A stretch of DNA of 64,000 nt, taken from the NCBI RefSeq assembly GCF_048403405.1, contig NZ_CP183129.1; one strand, written 5' to 3'. Within the stretch, counting starts at the first letter, position 1, and every line of letters begins with the position of its first letter. The notes beneath the pieces were generated by a model that was not told the origin of the DNA, searched no databases, and saw only the letters and a program-made list of their open reading frames with translations. The DNA is from Escherichia coli (lineage in GTDB: Bacteria; Pseudomonadota; Gammaproteobacteria; Enterobacterales; Enterobacteriaceae). Made by a program: the position numbers and the translations under genes. This document shows positions 50,650 to 64,000 of the stretch, piece by piece.

Positions 50650-51360
50650 TCACAAATAAATATCCTCCGGCATAGCCGGAGGTTTTTCAAATGCGCCTAT
50701 AAGGCTCTCTTACCAGCCGCGCCCTAACAGGCGCACACGATCTGACATTTGCATCCAACTTCGTTACTTACGGCCCGTAAACGGGCTGCCCGGATAGGGA
50801 ATCGATAACTGCTCTCCCATTTTATCCTCTTCAAGCTGGTGCTTTATGTAATCCTGTATCTTCGCCGTGTTCTTACCCACCGTATCGACGTAGTACCCTC
50901 TGCACCAGAACTCCCTGTTCCTGTATTTGAATTTCAAATCACCAAACTGCTCGTAAAGCATCAGACTGCTTTTCCCTTTCAGATATCCCATAAAGCCGGA
51001 TACGCTCATTTTGGGCGGGATCTCCACAAGCATATGGATATGATCTGCACAGCATTCAGCTTCCAGAATCCGTACACTTTTCCACTCACACAGCTTTCTC
51101 AAAATACTGCCTATTGCTCTACGCTTCTCTCTGTAGAACACCTGTCTTCGGTATTTTGGCGCAAAAACTATGTGATATTTACAGTTCCATCGGGTGTGCG
51201 CTAAGCTCTTTTCGTTCCCCATTGGGACCCCCTTTTGATTTCTTGTTTGACACTTGCAGTTGCCAGACCGCAAGGTGTTTTAACAAATCAAAAGGGGTTT
51301 TAATAACTGGCTTAAAGCTGAAAGCTTTCCGGAACCCCCAGCCTAGCTGGGGGTTTTCTG
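50650..51360 (-). mobile_element. IS200-like element (IS200/IS605 family), approximate boundaries
   Basis: Contains IS200-type TnpA; characteristic perfect hairpins cctccggc-ata-gccggagg (50665..50683) and cccccagc-cta-gctggggg (51334..51353) near the ends. Confidence 0.75.
50764..51225 (-). CDS. tnpA: IS200 transposase TnpA (HuH Y1 family)
   Basis: MGNEKSLAHTRWNCKYHIVFAPKYRRQVFYREKRRAIGSILRKLCEWKSVRILEAECCADHIHMLVEIPPK... ; HxH motif; ~153 aa. Confidence 0.9.
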   Translation of the reverse strand, partial: PMGNEKSLAHTRWNCKYHIVFAPKYRRQVFYREKRRAIGSILRKLCEWKSVRILEAECCADHIHMLVEIPPKMSVSGFMGYLKGKSSLMLYEQFGDLKFKYRNREFWCRGYYVDTVGKNTAKIQDYIKHQLEEDKMGEQLSIPYPGSPFTGRK

Positions 51361-51451
51361 TGCACAACAAAAAAACCACCGCCGTTGGCGATGGTTCATT
51401 TTTTAAGCTGATATGCGGCGTAAACGCCTCATTGCAGCAGGCGGCAAATGA

Positions 51452-52072
51452 TTATTTTTTCGCCGCGAAACGTGCCGCTGCTTCGTCCCAGTTCACCACG
51501 TTCCAGAACTCTTTGATGTAGTCAGGACGGCGGTTCTGGAATTTCAGGTAGTAAGCATGTTCCCACACATCCAGGCCCAGAATCGGGAAGCCGGAAGCGC
51601 CAGAAATAGCTTCACCCATCAGCGGGGAGTCCTGGTTAGCAGTAGAAACCACCGCCAGTTTATCGCCTTTCAGCACCAGCCATGCCCAGCCGGAACCAAA
51701 GCGGGAAGCTGCCGCTTTTTCAAATTCTGCTTTGAAGTTATCAACGGAGCCGAAGTCACGTTCGATAGCCGCTTTCAGGTCACCCTGCAGGGTGGTGCCT
51801 TTTTTCAGACCTTTCCAGAACAGGCTGTGGTTAGCGTGACCGCCAGCGTTGTTGCGCAGTACGGTTTTCTTGTCTGCTGGCAGCTGGTCCAGTTTGGTGA
51901 TCAGCTCTTCAACCGGCAGGTTGGCAAATTCTGGCAGGCTTTCCAGCGCCGCGTTGGCGTTGTTGACGTAGGTCTGATGGTGTTTGGTGTGGTGGATTTC
52001 CATGGTCTGCTTATCGAAGTGCGGTTCCAGGGCATCGTAAGCATACGGCAGGGATGGCAGGGTATAACTCAT
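51452..52072 (-). CDS. sodA: manganese superoxide dismutase
   Basis: ORF 51452..52078 trimmed to ATG 52072 ([32 protein letters not shown]); 206 aa. Confidence 0.95.
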   Translation of the reverse strand: MSYTLPSLPYAYDALEPHFDKQTMEIHHTKHHQTYVNNANAALESLPEFANLPVEELITKLDQLPADKKTVLRNNAGGHANHSLFWKGLKKGTTLQGDLKAAIERDFGSVDNFKAEFEKAAASRFGSGWAWLVLKGDKLAVVSTANQDSPLMGEAISGASGFPILGLDVWEHAYYLKFQNRRPDYIKEFWNVVNWDEAAARFAAKK

Positions 52073-52356
52073 ATTCATCTCCAGTGTTGTCGGGCGGCCG
52101 ATTGTTAATGCCGCGTAAGCAGTTGGTTCATTATAGTTAATTAAATGATATTGAAAATGATTATCAATGCCGTACTTTTCGTAAGGGTATGGTTTTGCAG
52201 GAAAATGCCCGAGATGTGAAGCAAATCACCCACTTAATGCCGTGATTGCCAGTAAATCGACAACGGCGGCAACAGGCGAAAGGTTAATCGACAGCACGAT
52301 TTTTACACTCATCTCGTCGGAGATGTGACGCGACGAAAAATGATGAGGATAAGAAG

Positions 52357-53391
52357 ATGAGTAACGCGATTACGATGGGGATATTTTGGCATTTGATCGG
52401 CGCGGCCAGTGCAGCCTGTTTTTACGCTCCGTTCAAAAAAGTAAAAAAATGGTCATGGGAAACCATGTGGTCAGTTGGTGGGATTGTTTCGTGGATTATT
52501 CTGCCGTGGGCCATCAGCGCCCTGTTACTACCGAATTTCTGGGCGTATTACAGCTCGTTTAGTCTCTCTACGCTGCTGCCTGTTTTTCTGTTCGGCGCAA
52601 TGTGGGGGATTGGTAATATCAACTACGGCCTGACCATGCGTTATCTCGGCATGTCGATGGGGATTGGTATCGCCATTGGTATCACGTTGATTGTTGGTAC
52701 GCTGATGACGCCAATTATCAACGGCAATTTCGATGTGTTGATCAATACCGAAGGTGGACGCATGACATTGCTCGGCGTTCTGGTGGCGCTGATTGGTGTA
52801 GGGATTGTGACTCGCGCCGGGCAGTTGAAAGAGCGCAAGATGGGCATTAAAGCCGAAGAGTTCAACCTGAAAAAAGGGCTGGTGCTGGCGGTGATGTGCG
52901 GCATTTTCTCTGCCGGAATGTCCTTTGCGATGAACGCCGCAAAACCGATGCATGAAGCCGCTGCCGCACTGGGCGTCGATCCACTGTATGTCGCTCTGCC
53001 AAGCTATGTTGTCATCATGGGCGGCGGCGCGATCATTAACCTCGGTTTCTGCTTCATTCGTCTGGCAAAAGTGAAGGATTTGTCGCTAAAAGCCGACTTC
53101 TCGCTGGCAAAACCGCTGATCATTCACAATGTGTTACTCTCAGCACTGGGCGGGTTGATGTGGTATCTGCAATTCTTTTTCTATGCCTGGGGCCACGCGC
53201 GTATTCCGGCGCAGTATGACTACATCAGCTGGATGCTGCATATGAGCTTCTATGTATTGTGCGGCGGTATCGTCGGGCTGGTGCTCAAAGAGTGGAACAA
53301 TGCAGGTCGCCGTCCGGTAACGGTGTTGAGCCTCGGTTGTGTAGTGATTATTGTCGCCGCCAACATCGTCGGCATGGGCATGGCGAATTAA
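52357..53391 (+). CDS. rhaT: L-rhamnose:H+ symporter
   Basis: 344 aa [28 protein letters not shown]. Confidence 0.95.
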   Translation: MSNAITMGIFWHLIGAASAACFYAPFKKVKKWSWETMWSVGGIVSWIILPWAISALLLPNFWAYYSSFSLSTLLPVFLFGAMWGIGNINYGLTMRYLGMSMGIGIAIGITLIVGTLMTPIINGNFDVLINTEGGRMTLLGVLVALIGVGIVTRAGQLKERKMGIKAEEFNLKKGLVLAVMCGIFSAGMSFAMNAAKPMHEAAAALGVDPLYVALPSYVVIMGGGAIINLGFCFIRLAKVKDLSLKADFSLAKPLIIHNVLLSALGGLMWYLQFFFYAWGHARIPAQYDYISWMLHMSFYVLCGGIVGLVLKEWNNAGRRPVTVLSLGCVVIIVAANIVGMGMAN

Positions 53392-54236
53392 TCTTTCTGC
53401 GAATTGAGATGACGCCACTGGCTGGGCGTCATCCCGGTTTCCCGGGTAAACACCACCGAAAAATAGTTACTATCTTCAAAGCCACATTCGGTTGAAATAT
53501 CACTGATTAACAGGCGGCTATGCTGGAGAAGATATTGCGCATGACACACTCTGACCTGCCGCAGATATTGATTGATGGTCATGCCAGTCTGCTGGCGAAA
53601 TTGCTGACGCAAAACGCGCTCACTGCACGATGCCTCATCACAAAATTTATCCAGCGCAAAGGGACTTTTCAGGCTGGCCGCCAGCCGGGTAATCAGCTTA
53701 TCCAGCAACGTTTCGCTGGATGTTGGCGGCAACGAATCGCTGGTGTAACGATGGCGATTCAGCAACATCACCAACTGCCCGAACAGCAACTCTGCCATTT
53801 CGTTAGCAAACGGCACATGCTGACTACTTTCATGCTCAAGTTGACCGATAACCTGCCGCGCCTGCGCCATCCCCACGCTACCTAAGCGCCAGTGTGGCTG
53901 CCCTGCGCTGGCACTAAATCCCGGAATCGCCCCCTGCCAGTCAAGATTCAGCTTCAGCCGCTCCGGGCAATAAATAATATTCTGCAAAACCAGATCGTTA
54001 ACGGAAGCGTAGGAGTGTTTATCGTCAGCATGAATGTAAAAGAGATCGCCACGGGTAATGCGATAAGGGCGATCGTTGAGTACATGCAGACCATTACCGC
54101 GCCAGACAATCACCAGCTCACAAAAATCATGTGTATGTTCGGCAAAGACATCTTGCGGATAACGGTCAGCCACAGCGACTGCCTGCTGGTCGCTGGCAAA
54201 AAAATCATCTTTGAGAAGTTTTAACTGATGCGCCAC
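53388..54236 (-). CDS. rhaR: AraC-family rhamnose regulator RhaR
   Basis: ORF 53388..54347 trimmed to GTG 54236 ([29 protein letters not shown]); 282 aa. Confidence 0.85.
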   Translation of the reverse strand: MAHQLKLLKDDFFASDQQAVAVADRYPQDVFAEHTHDFCELVIVWRGNGLHVLNDRPYRITRGDLFYIHADDKHSYASVNDLVLQNIIYCPERLKLNLDWQGAIPGFSASAGQPHWRLGSVGMAQARQVIGQLEHESSQHVPFANEMAELLFGQLVMLLNRHRYTSDSLPPTSSETLLDKLITRLAASLKSPFALDKFCDEASCSERVLRQQFRQQTGMTINQYLRQVRVCHAQYLLQHSRLLISDISTECGFEDSNYFSVVFTRETGMTPSQWRHLNSQKD

Positions 54237-54309
54237 CGTGGCTACCTCGGCCAGAGAACGAAGTTGATTATTCGCAATATGGCGTACAAATACGTTGAGA
54301 AGATTCGCG

Positions 54310-55146
54310 TTATTGCAGAAAACCATCCCGTCCCTGACGAATATCACGCGGTGACCAGTTAAACTCTCGGCGAAAAAGCGTCGAAAAGTGGTTACTGTCG
54401 CTGAATCCGCAGCGATAGGCGATGTCAGTAACGCTGGCCTCGCTGTGGCGTAGCAGATGTCGGGCTTTCATCAGTCGCAGGCGGTTCAGGTAACGCTGAG
54501 GCGTCAGTCCCGTTTTCTGCTTAAGCTGCCGATGTAGCGTACGCAGCGAAAGAGAAAATTGATCCGCCACGGCATCCCAATTTACCTCATCGGCAAAATG
54601 GTCCTCCAGCCAGGCCAGAAGCAAGTTGAGACGTGACGCGCTGTTTTCCAGGTTCTCCTGCAAACTGCTTTTACGCAGCAAGAGCAGTAATTGCATAAAT
54701 AAGATCTCGCGACTGGCGGTCGAGGGTAAATCATTTTCCTCTTCCTGCTGTTCCATCTGTGCAACCAGCTGTCGCACCTGCTGCAACACGCTGTGGTTAA
54801 CGCGCCAGTGAGACGGATACTGCCCATCCAGCTCTTGTGGCAGCAACTGATTCAGCCCGGCGAGAAACTGAAATCGATCCGGCGAGCGATACAGCACATT
54901 GGTCAGACACAGATTATCGGTATGTTCATACAGATGCCGATCATGATCGCGTACGAAACAGACCGTGCCACCGGTGATGGTATAGGGCTGCCCATTAAAC
55001 ACATGAATACCCGTGCCATGTTCGACAATCACAATTTCATGAAAATCATGATGATGTTCAGGAAAATCCGCCTGCGGGAGCCGGGGTTCTATCGCCACGG
55101 ACGCGTTACCAGACGGAAAAAAATCCACACTATGTAATACGGTCAT
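54310..55146 (-). CDS. rhaS: AraC-family rhamnose regulator RhaS
   Basis: 278 aa [35 protein letters not shown]. Confidence 0.95.
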   Translation of the reverse strand: MTVLHSVDFFPSGNASVAIEPRLPQADFPEHHHDFHEIVIVEHGTGIHVFNGQPYTITGGTVCFVRDHDRHLYEHTDNLCLTNVLYRSPDRFQFLAGLNQLLPQELDGQYPSHWRVNHSVLQQVRQLVAQMEQQEEENDLPSTASREILFMQLLLLLRKSSLQENLENSASRLNLLLAWLEDHFADEVNWDAVADQFSLSLRTLHRQLKQKTGLTPQRYLNRLRLMKARHLLRHSEASVTDIAYRCGFSDSNHFSTLFRREFNWSPRDIRQGRDGFLQ

Positions 55147-58159
<3,013 letters not shown>

Positions 58160-58163
58160 ACAC

Positions 58164-58290
58164 TGCCTGATGCGGCGCAAGCGCCTTATCCGGCCTACGG
58201 GTCGGCAATAGTTGTAGGCCTGATAAGACGCGACAGCGTCGCATCAGGCATTGATTGCCGGATGCGGCACGAGTGCCTTATCCGGCCTAC
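58164..58290. repeat. REP / BIME cluster (three palindromic units) between rhaA and rhaD
   Basis: gcctgatgcggcgcaagcgccttatccggcctac; gtaggcctgataagacgcgacagcgtcgcatcaggca; gccggatgcggcacgagtgccttatccggcctac. Confidence 0.85.
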
Positions 58291-58343
58291 AGATCGTATA
58301 TCCGGCAACAGGCACGGACGTCCAATTAACAGGAACACAGAAC

Positions 58344-59168
58344 ATGCAAAACATTACCCAGTCCTGGTTTGTCCAGGGAATGATCAAAGCCACCACCGAC
58401 GCCTGGCTGAAAGGCTGGGACGAGCGCAATGGTGGTAACCTGACGCTGCGCCTGGATGACGCCGATATCGCGCCTTATCACGGCAACTTTCATGCACAAC
58501 CGCGCTATATCCCGCTCAGCCAGCCCATGCCTTTACTGGCAAATACACCGTTTATTGTCACCGGCTCCGGCAAATTCTTCCGCAACGTCCAGCTTGATCC
58601 TGCGGCTAACTTAGGCGTCGTAAAAGTCGACAGCGACGGCGCGGGCTACCACATTCTCTGGGGGCTAACTCACGAAGCCGTTCCAACCTCTGAACTTCCG
58701 GCGCACTTCCTCTCTCATTGCGAACGCATTAAAGCCACCAACGGTAAAGATCGGGTGATCATGCACTGCCATGCCACCAACCTGATCGCCCTTACCTACG
58801 TACTGGAAAACGACACCGCGGTCTTCACTCGCCAACTGTGGGAAGGCAGCACCGAATGTCTGGTAGTGTTCCCGGATGGCGTCGGCATTTTGCCGTGGAT
58901 GGTGCCCGGCACCGACGAAATCGGCCAGGCGACCGCACAGGAAATGCAAAAACATTCGCTGGTGTTGTGGCCCTTCCACGGCGTCTTCGGCAGCGGTCCG
59001 ACACTGGATGAAACATTCGGTTTAATCGACACCGCAGAAAAATCAGCACAAGTATTAGTGAAGGCTTATTCGATGGGCGGCATGAAACAGACCATCAGCC
59101 GTGAAGAGCTGATAGCGCTCGGCCAGCGTTTCGGCGTTACACCACTCGCCAGTGCGCTGGCGCTGTAA
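58344..59168 (+). CDS. rhaD: rhamnulose-1-phosphate aldolase
   Basis: ORF 58251..59168 trimmed to ATG 58344 ([25 protein letters not shown]); 274 aa. Confidence 0.95.
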   Translation: MQNITQSWFVQGMIKATTDAWLKGWDERNGGNLTLRLDDADIAPYHGNFHAQPRYIPLSQPMPLLANTPFIVTGSGKFFRNVQLDPAANLGVVKVDSDGAGYHILWGLTHEAVPTSELPAHFLSHCERIKATNGKDRVIMHCHATNLIALTYVLENDTAVFTRQLWEGSTECLVVFPDGVGILPWMVPGTDEIGQATAQEMQKHSLVLWPFHGVFGSGPTLDETFGLIDTAEKSAQVLVKAYSMGGMKQTISREELIALGQRFGVTPLASALAL

Positions 59169-59177
59169 GGAGCAAAC

Positions 59178-59492
59178 ATGATCCGCAAAGCCTTTGTCAT
59201 GCAGGTTAACCCCGACGCCCACGAAGAGTATCAGCGTCGGCATAATCCAATCTGGCCGGAACTGGAAGCAGTGTTGAAATCTCACGGTGCGCATAACTAC
59301 GCCATTTACCTCGACAAAGCGCGTAATCTGCTATTTGCCACAGTAGAGATTGAATCTGAAGAACGGTGGAATGCGGTAGCCAGTACTGATGTTTGCCAAC
59401 GTTGGTGGAAATATATGACCGACGTTATGCCAGCTAACCCGGATAACAGCCCAGTCAGTAGCGAGCTGCAAGACGTGTTTTACCTGCCTTAA
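59178..59492 (+). CDS. rhaM: L-rhamnose mutarotase
   Basis: 104 aa [30 protein letters not shown]. Confidence 0.95.
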   Translation: MIRKAFVMQVNPDAHEEYQRRHNPIWPELEAVLKSHGAHNYAIYLDKARNLLFATVEIESEERWNAVASTDVCQRWWKYMTDVMPANPDNSPVSSELQDVFYLP

Positions 59493-59499
59493 TGAGTTG

Positions 59500-59526
59500 C
59501 GGTGCCGGAAAATATCCAGCACCGCG
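59500..59526. terminator. bidirectional hairpin between convergent rhaM and the porin gene
   Basis: gcggtgc-cggaaaatatcca-gcaccgc. Confidence 0.5.
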
Positions 59527-59532
59527 CCTTCA

Positions 59533-60927
59533 TCAGAAGAAGTATTTAAAGCGAACGCGTGCCCCGTAACGGTCATCAGTATCATCACCGTGTTTTTTAT
59601 CACCGTCGCTATCCAGAATGGAGTAATACGTCCCGAGGTAAATATTAAAGTTCTCCATATCCATCACATTAGCGAACTGATAAGACGCATGAATGGTATG
59701 AATGGTGTACGTCCCTTCATCATCAATCCAGCAGTCGTTATCACAAACTACACCGCTGAATTCATCAATCTTATTGTGCGCGTAGATATAACCGAGCTCG
59801 AAACGTTTCCACAGCGCGTTAATCCCGGCAGTGAAATCTTTCTCATTATTAGCATCTAAATAGGCGGTATTAAGATTAACCACGACGCCATTTTCCGGAT
59901 CCGTTTTCAGGCCATTCCAGGTCATGCTCATACCATAGCCGGTACGATCGGACTGATCGACAAAATTACCCTTGCTATCGGTATAACCATAAGCATTATT
60001 TACCACGTTCGCTTCCATCGCTGCGGAAACGGTGAATTCTTCTGTCGGCGACCAGGCAATTACCGGACGCAGATAAGCAACATTTTTCTGCTGCTCCATA
60101 TCGCGTCCATGATAATTACCGTCATTATATAAAGATGTTCCGTCTTCAAGTAACGTGTTTAATTCAAAATACCAGTTATCGAGTTGTTTGCTGACGAGGA
60201 AATTACCGCCAGCGTTAGAGCGCCCGCGGCCCTCTTTCATCATATAGATATAACCGCTGCCATCGTCATAAAGATCGTTCGCAGTATTACCGGAATGTTC
60301 AACAAAGGTATCCTGATTCAGCGGGAACATATCATAGGCTTCGAAACGACCGACTTTGACCTTCCAGTCATTCTCTTTCCCAAAGAAGAATACCGCGTCA
60401 TCAATATTCACTGAACCGTGCATATCCCCCAGCGGTTGTGCGGAGAACCCGGCGAAATAACCATTATCCAGTTTTCGCATACCATCAAAACCTAACAGAA
60501 TACGACCATTGAGATTCCACTGTTCATTAGTGGGATCGCTATTCACATCAGCGTTGGTCATTGCCAGCAGGCCATGATTACTTTCTGCATCCATATTAAA
60601 TTCTACGTCGCCGTAGATTTTTAAATCGCCATAACCTGAGAGCAAAAGATTAGGTGAGGTGGAATTTTTCTTTGCAGATTCCGCCGTTGCCTGTCCATTT
60701 ACCGGCGTATTGCCCTGGGCAGCCTTAATTTCGCGGATCTCAGCGGCTTGTTGTGTCTGCAGCTGTTTAACCTGGCTCTCTGCTTTTGCTGCCCGCATTT
60801 CTGCCGCTTCCAGGCGTTCTTCCAGCAATGCCATGCGTTGTTCCAGCGTTAAATGCTGTGTTTTTGCCATTCCGGTACTACATGCCAATAATAAACCGAT
60901 GGCTAAAGATAATGTCGATTTTTTCAT
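59533..60927 (-). CDS. outer-membrane beta-barrel porin, probably carbohydrate-selective (LamB/ScrY/OprB-like), with N-terminal coiled-coil extension
   Basis: 464 aa; signal peptide MKKSTLSLAIGLLLACSTGMA; coiled-coil LEQRMALLEERLEAAEMRAAKAESQVKQLQ; C-terminal ...RVRFKYFF (terminal Phe OMP signature); family call is by resemblance only. Confidence 0.65.
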   Translation of the reverse strand: MKKSTLSLAIGLLLACSTGMAKTQHLTLEQRMALLEERLEAAEMRAAKAESQVKQLQTQQAAEIREIKAAQGNTPVNGQATAESAKKNSTSPNLLLSGYGDLKIYGDVEFNMDAESNHGLLAMTNADVNSDPTNEQWNLNGRILLGFDGMRKLDNGYFAGFSAQPLGDMHGSVNIDDAVFFFGKENDWKVKVGRFEAYDMFPLNQDTFVEHSGNTANDLYDDGSGYIYMMKEGRGRSNAGGNFLVSKQLDNWYFELNTLLEDGTSLYNDGNYHGRDMEQQKNVAYLRPVIAWSPTEEFTVSAAMEANVVNNAYGYTDSKGNFVDQSDRTGYGMSMTWNGLKTDPENGVVVNLNTAYLDANNEKDFTAGINALWKRFELGYIYAHNKIDEFSGVVCDNDCWIDDEGTYTIHTIHASYQFANVMDMENFNIYLGTYYSILDSDGDKKHGDDTDDRYGARVRFKYFF

Positions 60928-61403
60928 TATTTACGTTCCCTGAAATAAAAGAGACCCTACGCTTTCCAAAAGGAATACGTATATAGAGAAATATAAGGTG
61001 TGCACTTTCGAATTTTTAATCCAACTTCAGCAGGCCGATGGATAGTATCCCGCTGCATAATATGAGTAAATCCGCTGATTTCCTGGAACGTGAGGAATAT
61101 AACAATAGTGCCGTTTTTAACCAAATATCGTAAAAAATATTAGATATAATTCACGCTGACTCATAAGCCACAAATATAAATAACCTTGCTGCAAAACATG
61201 TGCGGCAGTTAAACATTCACAACATCATTAAATAATGATTTTTTATTCACTGCATTTATTTTTCCCATCAATATGTGCCTTACACCGCAAAATTTATCCT
61301 TCACTCTGCCTTATATTGTCACGACTTCACGACATATCCGCGCTCATCACAAAACCGCCCCGCCGTTACAATTAACTATAATATTTTTTCATGGAGTCCA
61401 ATA

Positions 61404-61850
61404 ATGGCAGCACTTACTGCAAGCTGTATTGACCTGAATATTCAGGGCAATGGCGCTTATTCCGTTCTGAAGCAGTTGGCGACAATGGCGTTACAAAACG
61501 GTTTTATCACCGACTCACACCAGTTCCTGCAAACCCTGCTGCTGCGCGAAAAAATGCACTCCACCGGTTTTGGTTCCGGCATCGCCGTGCCGCACGGTAA
61601 AAGCGCCTGCGTTAAACAACCGTTCGTGTTATTCGCCCGCAAAGCGCAGGCCATTGACTGGAAAGCCAGCGACGGCGAAGACGTCAATTGCTGGATCTGC
61701 CTCGGCGTGCCGCAAAGTGGCGAAGAGGATCAGGTCAAAATCATCGGCACACTGTGTCGCAAAATTATCCACCAGGATTTTATCAACCAACTGCGACAGG
61801 GCGACGCCGACCAGGTGCTTGCTTTGTTAAATCAAACCCTCAGCTCATAA
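61404..61850 (+). CDS. frvA: PTS fructose-like EIIA component
   Basis: ORF 61275..61850 trimmed to ATG 61404 (MAALTASCIDLNIQGNGAYSVLKQLA) with GGAG RBS; 148 aa. Confidence 0.85.
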   Translation: MAALTASCIDLNIQGNGAYSVLKQLATMALQNGFITDSHQFLQTLLLREKMHSTGFGSGIAVPHGKSACVKQPFVLFARKAQAIDWKASDGEDVNCWICLGVPQSGEEDQVKIIGTLCRKIIHQDFINQLRQGDADQVLALLNQTLSS

Positions 61851-61860
61851 GGAAGTGGCG

Positions 61861-63312
61861 ATGGAGTCATCCTTACGTATTGTCGCGATCACCAACTGCC
61901 CCGCCGGGATCGCTCACACCTACATGGTGGCGGAAGCCCTGGAACAGAAAGCCCGTTCTCTCGGTCATACCATTAAAGTTGAAACTCAAGGATCAAGCGG
62001 CGTCGAAAACCGCTTATCCAGCGAAGAGATTGCCGCTGCCGATTACGTGATTTTCGCCACCGGGCGTGGCCTGAGCGGTGACGATCGCGCGCGATTTGCC
62101 GGGAAAATGGTTTATGAGATTGCCATCTCCCAGGCGCTGAAAAATATCGACCAGATTTTCAGTGAATTACCGACAAACTCACAACTTTTTGCCGCAGATA
62201 GCGGCGTGAAGCTCGGCAAACAGGAAGTGCAAAGTGGCAGCGTAATGAGCCATCTGATGGCGGGTGTCTCTGCGGCGCTGCCGTTTGTCATCGGTGGCGG
62301 TATCCTGGTGGCGCTTGCCAACATGCTGGTGCAGTTCGGTTTGCCGTATACCGATATGTCGAAAGGCGCGCCGTCGTTTACCTGGGTGGTTGAATCCATC
62401 GGTTATCTCGGCTTCACCTTTATGATCCCCATCATGGGCGCTTATATTGCCTCGTCGATTGCCGATAAACCCGCTTTCGCTCCGGCGTTTCTGGTTTGCT
62501 ATCTGGCGAATGACAAAGCCCTGCTCGGCACCCAGTCTGGCGCGGGCTTCCTCGGCGCGGTGGTGCTGGGGCTGGCGATTGGCTATTTCGTCTTCTGGTT
62601 CCGTAAAGTGCGCCTTGGCAAAGCATTACAACCGCTGCTCGGTTCCATGCTGATCCCGTTCGTCACTCTGCTGGTTTTCGGCGTACTGACTTACTACGTT
62701 ATCGGACCGGTGATGTCCGACCTCATGGGCGGGTTGCTGCACTTCCTGAACACCATTCCTCCGTCAATGAAGTTTGCGGCAGCGTTTTTGGTCGGTGCGA
62801 TGCTGGCGTTCGATATGGGCGGCCCTATCAATAAAACCGCCTGGTTCTTCTGCTTCTCACTGCTGGAAAAACACATTTACGACTGGTACGCCATCGTCGG
62901 CGTTGTCGCGCTGATGCCGCCTGTCGCGGCGGGTCTTGCGACGTTCATTGCGCCCAAACTGTTTACCCGACAGGAAAAAGAGGCTGCCAGTAGTGCCATT
63001 GTGGTCGGTGCCACAGTCGCAACCGAACCGGCTATTCCTTACGCTCTGGCAGCTCCGTTGCCGATGATTACCGCCAATACGCTGGCGGGCGGTATTACCG
63101 GCGTGCTGGTGATCGCTTTCGGAATCAAACGTCTGGCGCCAGGTTTGGGTATCTTTGACCCGCTGATCGGCCTGATGTCGCCGGTGGGTTCGTTTTATCT
63201 GGTGCTGGCGATTGGCCTCGCGCTGAACATTTCATTCATTATCGTCCTGAAAGGATTATGGTTACGCCGCAAAGCGAAAGCCGCGCAACAGGAGCTTGTC
63301 CATGAACATTGA
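61861..63312 (+). CDS. frvB: PTS fructose-like EIIBC component
   Basis: ATG 61861 (MESSLRIVAITNCPAGIAHTYMVAEALE); 483 aa; EIIB Cys motif NCPAGIAHT; polytopic EIIC. Confidence 0.85.
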   Translation: MESSLRIVAITNCPAGIAHTYMVAEALEQKARSLGHTIKVETQGSSGVENRLSSEEIAAADYVIFATGRGLSGDDRARFAGKMVYEIAISQALKNIDQIFSELPTNSQLFAADSGVKLGKQEVQSGSVMSHLMAGVSAALPFVIGGGILVALANMLVQFGLPYTDMSKGAPSFTWVVESIGYLGFTFMIPIMGAYIASSIADKPAFAPAFLVCYLANDKALLGTQSGAGFLGAVVLGLAIGYFVFWFRKVRLGKALQPLLGSMLIPFVTLLVFGVLTYYVIGPVMSDLMGGLLHFLNTIPPSMKFAAAFLVGAMLAFDMGGPINKTAWFFCFSLLEKHIYDWYAIVGVVALMPPVAAGLATFIAPKLFTRQEKEAASSAIVVGATVATEPAIPYALAAPLPMITANTLAGGITGVLVIAFGIKRLAPGLGIFDPLIGLMSPVGSFYLVLAIGLALNISFIIVLKGLWLRRKAKAAQQELVHEH

Positions 63313-64000
63313 GTTACTGCAACAGTTGTGCGAAGCCAGCGCCGTCAGCGGCGATGAACAGGAAGTTCGCGACATCCTGATAAACACGCTGGAACCTTGC
63401 GTTAATGAAATCACCTTTGATGGTCTGGGTAGCTTTGTTGCCCGTAAGGGGAATAAAGGTCCAAAAGTTGCCGTTGTCGGGCATATGGATGAAGTCGGCT
63501 TTATGGTCACCCACATCGACGAGAGCGGTTTTTTGCGTTTCACCACCATTGGTGGCTGGTGGAATCAGTCGATGCTCAACCACCGGGTAACCATACGCAC
63601 ACACAAGGGAGTGAAAATCCCTGGTGTGATTGGTTCCGTCGCGCCTCATGCGTTAACCGAAAAGCAAAAGCAACAGCCGCTTTCATTTGATGAGATGTTC
63701 ATTGATATTGGCGCGTACAGTCGCGAAGAGGTGGAAAAACGCGGCGTGGAAATTGGCAATTTTATTAGCCCGGAAGCCAATTTTGCCTGCTGGGGCGAAG
63801 ATAAAGTGGTCGGCAAGGCTCTGGATAATCGCATCGGCTGCGCGATGATGGCTGAGCTACTACAGACAGTAAATAACCCCGAAATTACGCTGTACGGCGT
63901 CGGCAGCGTGGAAGAAGAAGTTGGGCTACGCGGGGCACAAACCTCGGCTGAACACACTAAACCGGATGTGGTGATCGTGCTGGATACCGCTGTCGCAGGT
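63302..64000 (+). CDS. frvX: M42-family aminopeptidase/cellulase-like FrvX, 5' portion (3' end outside the window)
   Basis: ATG 63302; MNIELLQQLCEASAVSGDEQEVRDILINTLEP...; open to the window end; overlaps frvB stop. Confidence 0.8.
   Translation, partial: MNIELLQQLCEASAVSGDEQEVRDILINTLEPCVNEITFDGLGSFVARKGNKGPKVAVVGHMDEVGFMVTHIDESGFLRFTTIGGWWNQSMLNHRVTIRTHKGVKIPGVIGSVAPHALTEKQKQQPLSFDEMFIDIGAYSREEVEKRGVEIGNFISPEANFACWGEDKVVGKALDNRIGCAMMAELLQTVNNPEITLYGVGSVEEEVGLRGAQTSAEHTKPDVVIVLDTAVAG

Overview
This 64 kb window reads as an Escherichia coli-type chromosome segment (not K-12) covering fsaB-gldA-yijFE-katG-metF-metLB-metJ-yiiX ... rpmE-priA-cytR-ftsN-hslVU-menA-rraA-zapB-glpFKX-fpr-uspD-yiiSRQ-tpiA-cdh-sbp-pfkA-fieF-cpxP-cpxRA-yiiM-kdgT-sodA-rhaT-rhaRS-rhaBADM-frvABX. 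Gene identities are assigned from the translated ORFs against protein families I recognise; all comparisons with K-12 are from memory, not from a search. About 50 housekeeping genes are collinear with my recollection of K-12 (inverted relative to K-12 numbering). Four accessory insertions interrupt this backbone: (1) a metF|metL islet with a periplasmic UshA-like 5'-nucleotidase and a Cys-rich zinc-ribbon ORF; (2) a ~9.8 kb IS1 + Rhs polymorphic-toxin element between yiiX and rpmE, the most interesting region, holding a full-length PAAR-type rhs with an uncharacterised C-terminal toxin tip and a secreted immunity protein, a degenerate orphan tip, a frameshifted H-repeat (ISAs1) transposase, a stranded small membrane ORF, and a start-less orphan rhs-CT with its own immunity gene; (3) an IS200 copy between kdgT and sodA; (4) an outer-membrane porin gene between rhaM and frvA. 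No rRNA, tRNA or CRISPR arrays were seen. Known regulatory sites (met boxes, sigma32 hslVU promoter, CpxR box, OxyR site, rha control region), REP/BIME and boxC-like repeats, and the CpxQ 3'UTR sRNA are recognisable.
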